A stretch of 64,000 nucleotides of DNA, taken from an uncultured bacterium (GTDB lineage: Bacteria; Chloroflexota; Dormibacteria; Aeolococcales; Aeolococcaceae). The notes beneath the pieces were generated by a model that saw only the letters and a program-made list of their open reading frames with translations, was not told where the DNA came from and ran no database searches. Positions 60,554 to 64,000 of this stretch are shown in pieces; the first letter of the stretch is position 1; every line of letters starts with the position of its first letter. The stretch spans positions 168,241 through 232,240 of the forward strand of contig CAVQTJ010000019.1 in assembly GCA_963716555.1 (NCBI GenBank), read 5' to 3'. Position numbers and translations under genes: made by a program.

Positions 60554-61330
60554 CTATTCAGTGCCGGCGGCAGACGGCTCCTCCGACCCGGCGGCGATCT
60601 CCGCGGCCCGGGCGGACACCGCGGCCGCAAGGGAGGAGGCCCGCTGGGCATGGGGCAGGCTGGAGTGGAAGGGCTCATTCACCCCGGCCATGCCGAGGTG
60701 GGCCCCGGCCAGGGCGCCGGCCAGGCTGACCGCGGCCCGGCGACCCGGCAGGGCCGCCGCATGCACGGCGGCCTCGACCCCCGCGACATCTCGCAGCGCG
60801 GCCAGGGCGAGCTGGAGGGTGGCCCCAGGGTCGTCGTCGCGGTCGGGGAGGTCGGCGTCGCGGCTGAGCCGGGTGAGCAATGCCAGAGGAGCGTCCTCGA
60901 GGAGGGATTGGTGCACCCGTACGGTGGCGGTGGCCGGGTCGAACCGGGTGAGGTCTGCGGCCAGCAGGGCCGCGGCGATCGCCGCGATGGCGGTTGCCTC
61001 GTCGGCGGCGGCCAGGGTGGCGACCCGGTAGGCATCGCGACGGATCCGGGGGCGGTCGAGGGGGGTCAGGAGACCGAACGGAACCGCCCGCAGCAGCAGC
61101 CCAGGGGGCCCGGCCTGCGACGAGCCCGCCAGACCGCGGCGCTGCAGATCGGCGGCGTCGAAGCCACCCATCGAGGCGATGGAATCGGCAACTTCGAGGA
61201 GGTCCCCGGCAGCCGCCGGTGCCTGGGCGGCGCGCTCGCCGGCCAGGGCTCCAAGGAAGGCGGCCTCGACCCGCGAGGCATGCGAGTCGGGGACCCGTGG
61301 CGCCGCCGCCCGAGCGTCCTCGATGGTCAC
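60554..61330 (-). CDS. ADP-ribosylglycohydrolase-like protein (metal-site motifs degenerate)
   Basis: The overall helical Ala-rich pattern has [11 protein letters not shown] near the N-terminus and [15 protein letters not shown] near the C-terminus. ARH enzymes carry G-D-A-L-G and D-x-D-T there. The start is uncertain (GTG at 61330). Confidence 0.35.
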   Translation of the reverse strand: MTIEDARAAAPRVPDSHASRVEAAFLGALAGERAAQAPAAAGDLLEVADSIASMGGFDAADLQRRGLAGSSQAGPPGLLLRAVPFGLLTPLDRPRIRRDAYRVATLAAADEATAIAAIAAALLAADLTRFDPATATVRVHQSLLEDAPLALLTRLSRDADLPDRDDDPGATLQLALAALRDVAGVEAAVHAAALPGRRAAVSLAGALAGAHLGMAGVNEPFHSSLPHAQRASSLAAAVSARAAEIAAGSEEPSAAGTE

Positions 61331-61354
61331 CGGCGAACGGTATCCTGTCTGCTC

Positions 61355-61735
61355 ATGGCGTCGCTTGAACCCGTTCGCAGCCTCCGCGGCTCGTTGATCG
61401 CAGCCGTGGCCCAGAGCGTGGGCCTGATGCAGCCGGAGCGACGCCATCCCCTTGCGCCCGCTGCGGTGCGGGTGGAGAGAACCCGGGCCCAAAGGGGGGA
61501 CGAGCACTCGGAGCAGACGGCGGTGACGCTGTGGTTCGGTGAGGGGCCTCAACTGCCCACCCCCAGCCTCTCTCGGTCGCCATGGCGGACCGCCGCCGGC
61601 CTGGGCATCACCGTGGCAGGCGCCGCCGCCATGGCCGTGGCCACCACGCTGGCCGCGGAGCGGGAACAGCGCCGCCGGGTCGCCGCGGCCAGACCCATCG
61701 CCGCCCTGACCGCCCCGCCGCGGCACGCCGACTGA
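61355..61735 (+). CDS. Hypothetical protein with a C-terminal TM segment
   Basis: 127-aa segment of a longer track ORF. It is divergent from the ARH-like gene. It has one hydrophobic helix (AAGLGITVAGAAAMAVATTLAA). The coding evidence is weak. Confidence 0.25.
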   Translation: MASLEPVRSLRGSLIAAVAQSVGLMQPERRHPLAPAAVRVERTRAQRGDEHSEQTAVTLWFGEGPQLPTPSLSRSPWRTAAGLGITVAGAAAMAVATTLAAEREQRRRVAAARPIAALTAPPRHAD

Positions 61736-61815
61736 GGGGGCACCTCGACTGAGGGGCACCTCGGCCCTGGTCGATCCCGGCCGGCGCGGCCGACCCACGC
61801 GCGCCGGCTGTGCGC

Positions 61816-62721
61816 TCAGCTGCGGAGCCAGCCCAGCAGCTCGGCGCCGCCCTTGCGCGAGCGCCGCCGCTGCACCTCGTGCACCGAGCTGCCGTCGGTG
61901 ACCAGGATGTCGCGCGAGACCGGGTTCATGGCCTCGCGCCACTCGCGGACCACCCGCATCTGGAACCGGCTCGCCCCGGCGCCGCCTGCGGGGATGGCCA
62001 GCACCACGGAGCGATCGGGCACCGCCAGAAGCACGTCACCACCTGTCCGTTCGGCGAATGCCGCCAGGATCTCGGGCACCGTGATCACGCTTCCCTGGAA
62101 GAGGGCGTCGCTGCCCAGCCGCCACCCGTCCGCCGGGATGCGATCGGTGGAGCGGATCCGGGGAGGGAGAGCGGCAAAGCGGCTGCGGGTGTTGGCGCCG
62201 GCGCGCTCTCGGGCCGACCCGACGTCGAGACCCGCCTCCTCCAGGCCGGAGATGGGCAGCCCGCGCATCACTGACCCGGGCAGCTCCTCCGCGATGAAGG
62301 CCACCATGCCCGCCCCAAGCTGACGGGTGACCAGCTCGCCGGCCCGGTTGAGACCCTCCAGATAGCGCTCCGAACGGACGCACCAGAGCAGCCGTGCGGG
62401 GCTCACCTCCATGCCGGTGCGGGGGCTCAGCTGCCGTTCCGCGCGGCTCACCCAGTCAGCGATCAGGGTTGCGGTTCGCGCCGGCTCACGCAGGCACGCC
62501 TGGTGCAGGGCGGTGAGCGGAAGGGCACCGCCCGCGCCGGCGGCGGTCACCTGCAGCGCAAAGCTGTCGCGGTCGATGACCACCTCGATCGCCGCGGTAG
62601 CGCGACCGCAGCTGCAGCCGCATCCGTTCGGCGAAGGCCTGCCGGTCAGCGGGCTGGACCACCCAACGAGTCTCGCGCAGTCGAGCCCTGTGCCGTCACC
62701 GCCCCGGGCATGCCCGGGCAC
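61816..62721 (-). CDS. Hypothetical protein
   Basis: 301-aa ORF with coding-like composition. No family recognised. Confidence 0.45.
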   Translation of the reverse strand: MPGHARGGDGTGLDCARLVGWSSPLTGRPSPNGCGCSCGRATAAIEVVIDRDSFALQVTAAGAGGALPLTALHQACLREPARTATLIADWVSRAERQLSPRTGMEVSPARLLWCVRSERYLEGLNRAGELVTRQLGAGMVAFIAEELPGSVMRGLPISGLEEAGLDVGSARERAGANTRSRFAALPPRIRSTDRIPADGWRLGSDALFQGSVITVPEILAAFAERTGGDVLLAVPDRSVVLAIPAGGAGASRFQMRVVREWREAMNPVSRDILVTDGSSVHEVQRRRSRKGGAELLGWLRS

Positions 62722-62724
62722 GGG

Positions 62725-64000
62725 TCACTCGGTGGTCACCGCCCGGAGGACGTCGACCCGTGAGGCCCGAATCGCCGGGAAGATGGCGGCGACCAGTCCG
62801 AAGAAGGCCGCCGCCACCGCGTAGAGCACGAGGTTGGCGCCGGGCACCGCGGTGGCGGTGATCCCATCGGCATGGAGGGCGCTGACCAGGGCGAGGCCGA
62901 GGCCGGCACCCACCGCCAGGCCGAGCACGGCGCCGAGCAGGGCGATGATCACCGATTCCCAGGCCACCATCTCGCGGGTCTGGCCGCGGGTCATCCCCAG
63001 CGCGCGGAGCAGTCCGAGCTCACGGGTGCGCTCCATGACACTGAGGGCGAGCGTGTTGATGATGCCGAAGACGGCGATCACGATGGCCAGCCCCAACAGC
63101 ACGTAGATGAGGTTGAGGAAGGTGTTGAGGCCGGTGCTGACCAGGTTCTTGTAGCCGTCCTTGGTGAGGCCATTGAGCAGCGGATAGCTGCGCAGGTCTT
63201 TCTGCAGCGAGGCTCTGGGCGGCCCCTAGGGACACTCCCGGCGCCGGGTTGGCGAGCACGAAGACGTCGCGGACTGTGGTGACGTGCGGTTGGAGCGTGG
63301 CCAGCGACACCAGGAAGCCGTTGACCAGCGCGTCGGGCGTGTACAGCCCGCCCACCCGCATGGGCACCCGATCCCCGTTCGGGAAGGTCATGGTGACGCT
63401 GCTGCCGACCTGCAGGTTCTCGGTTGCCGCCTCGGTGGAGTCGACAATGGTGGTGTCGAGGGTGGCCAGGCTGGCAGCCGAACCCGCGGTCATGCTGAAG
63501 GCGATGTCCTGGCTCATGGTGGCGGGATCGAGGCCGCCCACACTGGTCGAGATGCTGCCGACCAGCACGTCGCTCCCCCGGATCTCGGAGATCTGAGTGA
63601 GCCGCGGATCGGCCCGGAGCGTGTCGGCCACCTGCGGGCTGAACCCGGAGCCGCGTTCGTCGAACACCAGCAGCTGAGCCTTGACGCTGCCGTCGATGGC
63701 CTGGTCCACGCTCGCCTCGAGCGAGTCGGTGACCACCGCGACCGCTGTGACCAGCGCCAGACCGATCATCAGCGCGGCCGCCGTGACCGCGGTGCGCCGA
63801 GGGTTGCGCCGTGCGTTCTCCCCGGCCAGCCGGCCCGGAGCCCCCCGCAGCCGCGCCGGCCAGCCCAGGAACGTGGCCACCGGACGGACGAGGAGCGGTG
63901 CGAGCAGAGCCACGCCGAGGAAGATCGCGAGCACCGACAACCCCAGCTCCTGGAGGTTGGGGCCGCTCGTCTCGCTGGCGCTCAGGAGGCTCTGGACGAG
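62725..64000 (-). pseudogene. FtsX/MacB-type ABC transporter permease (partial; continues beyond the window), frameshift near 63205-63212
   Basis: The C-terminal FtsX domain (LLGLAIVIAVFGIINTLALSVMERTRELGLLRALGMTR) is in the frame of 62725..63102. The upstream periplasmic and TM parts are in the frame of 63020..63940. The join AQSL/LQKDLRSYPLLNGLTKDGYKN needs one nt removed. The ORF stays open to nt 64000. Confidence 0.6.

Overview
Visibly GC-rich chromosomal segment (my estimate is two-thirds to 70% G+C; not computed). The gene content suggests a Gram-positive or actinobacterial-like organism: F420/LLM and DUF385 enzymes, GT87/DUF2029 membrane glycosyltransferases, SigK-RskA and an LCP protein. 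I found no rRNA, tRNA or CRISPR array by eye.

The window falls into three blocks.

(1) 1-19.3 kb is a cell-envelope glycan locus. It holds a tightly overlapped pseB-pseC-oxidoreductase-cytidylyltransferase-aminotransferase operon, then a GT2 and a polyprenyl-phosphate glycosylphosphotransferase that each carry a frameshift. Next come a 622-aa polytopic membrane protein, four tandem GT87/DUF2029-like paralogues, an aldehyde dehydrogenase, and a split AT3 acyltransferase plus SGNH hydrolase. A roughly 45-nt motif recurs at the transcription-unit boundaries of this locus.

(2) 19.3-40 kb is a decayed accessory region.
- A ~95-nt direct repeat brackets a small membrane-protein gene.
- An orphan VirB3(PrgI)-like::TadZ/ParA-like fusion sits next to a VirB4-like ATPase.
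- A class II ribonucleotide reductase (nrdJ) carries a 184-aa mini-intein at the radical-Cys loop and has candidate NrdR boxes.
- There is a tyrosine-recombinase relic, a YCII x3 plus ECF-sigma cluster, and a TetR/MFS/ClC unit.
- Many genes here are disrupted by indels or truncation.

(3) 40-64 kb starts with sigK-rskA, a small Tat-signal protein, a signal-less DUF4331 protein and tatA-tatC. It continues with a DedA-RDD-ArsR fusion protein, redox enzymes, ftsH, an LCP/PD40 pair, a folC-like gene, L25/Ctc, a B12-binding domain protein and a frameshifted FtsX-type permease that runs off the window.

The most interesting signals are the recurring glycan-locus motif, the orphan VirB3-TadZ/VirB4 pair, the repeat-bracketed cassette, the Tat/DUF4331 arrangement, and the non-uniform clustering of frameshifts. 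All product calls come from reading the translated ORFs from memory of family motifs. No database search was run.
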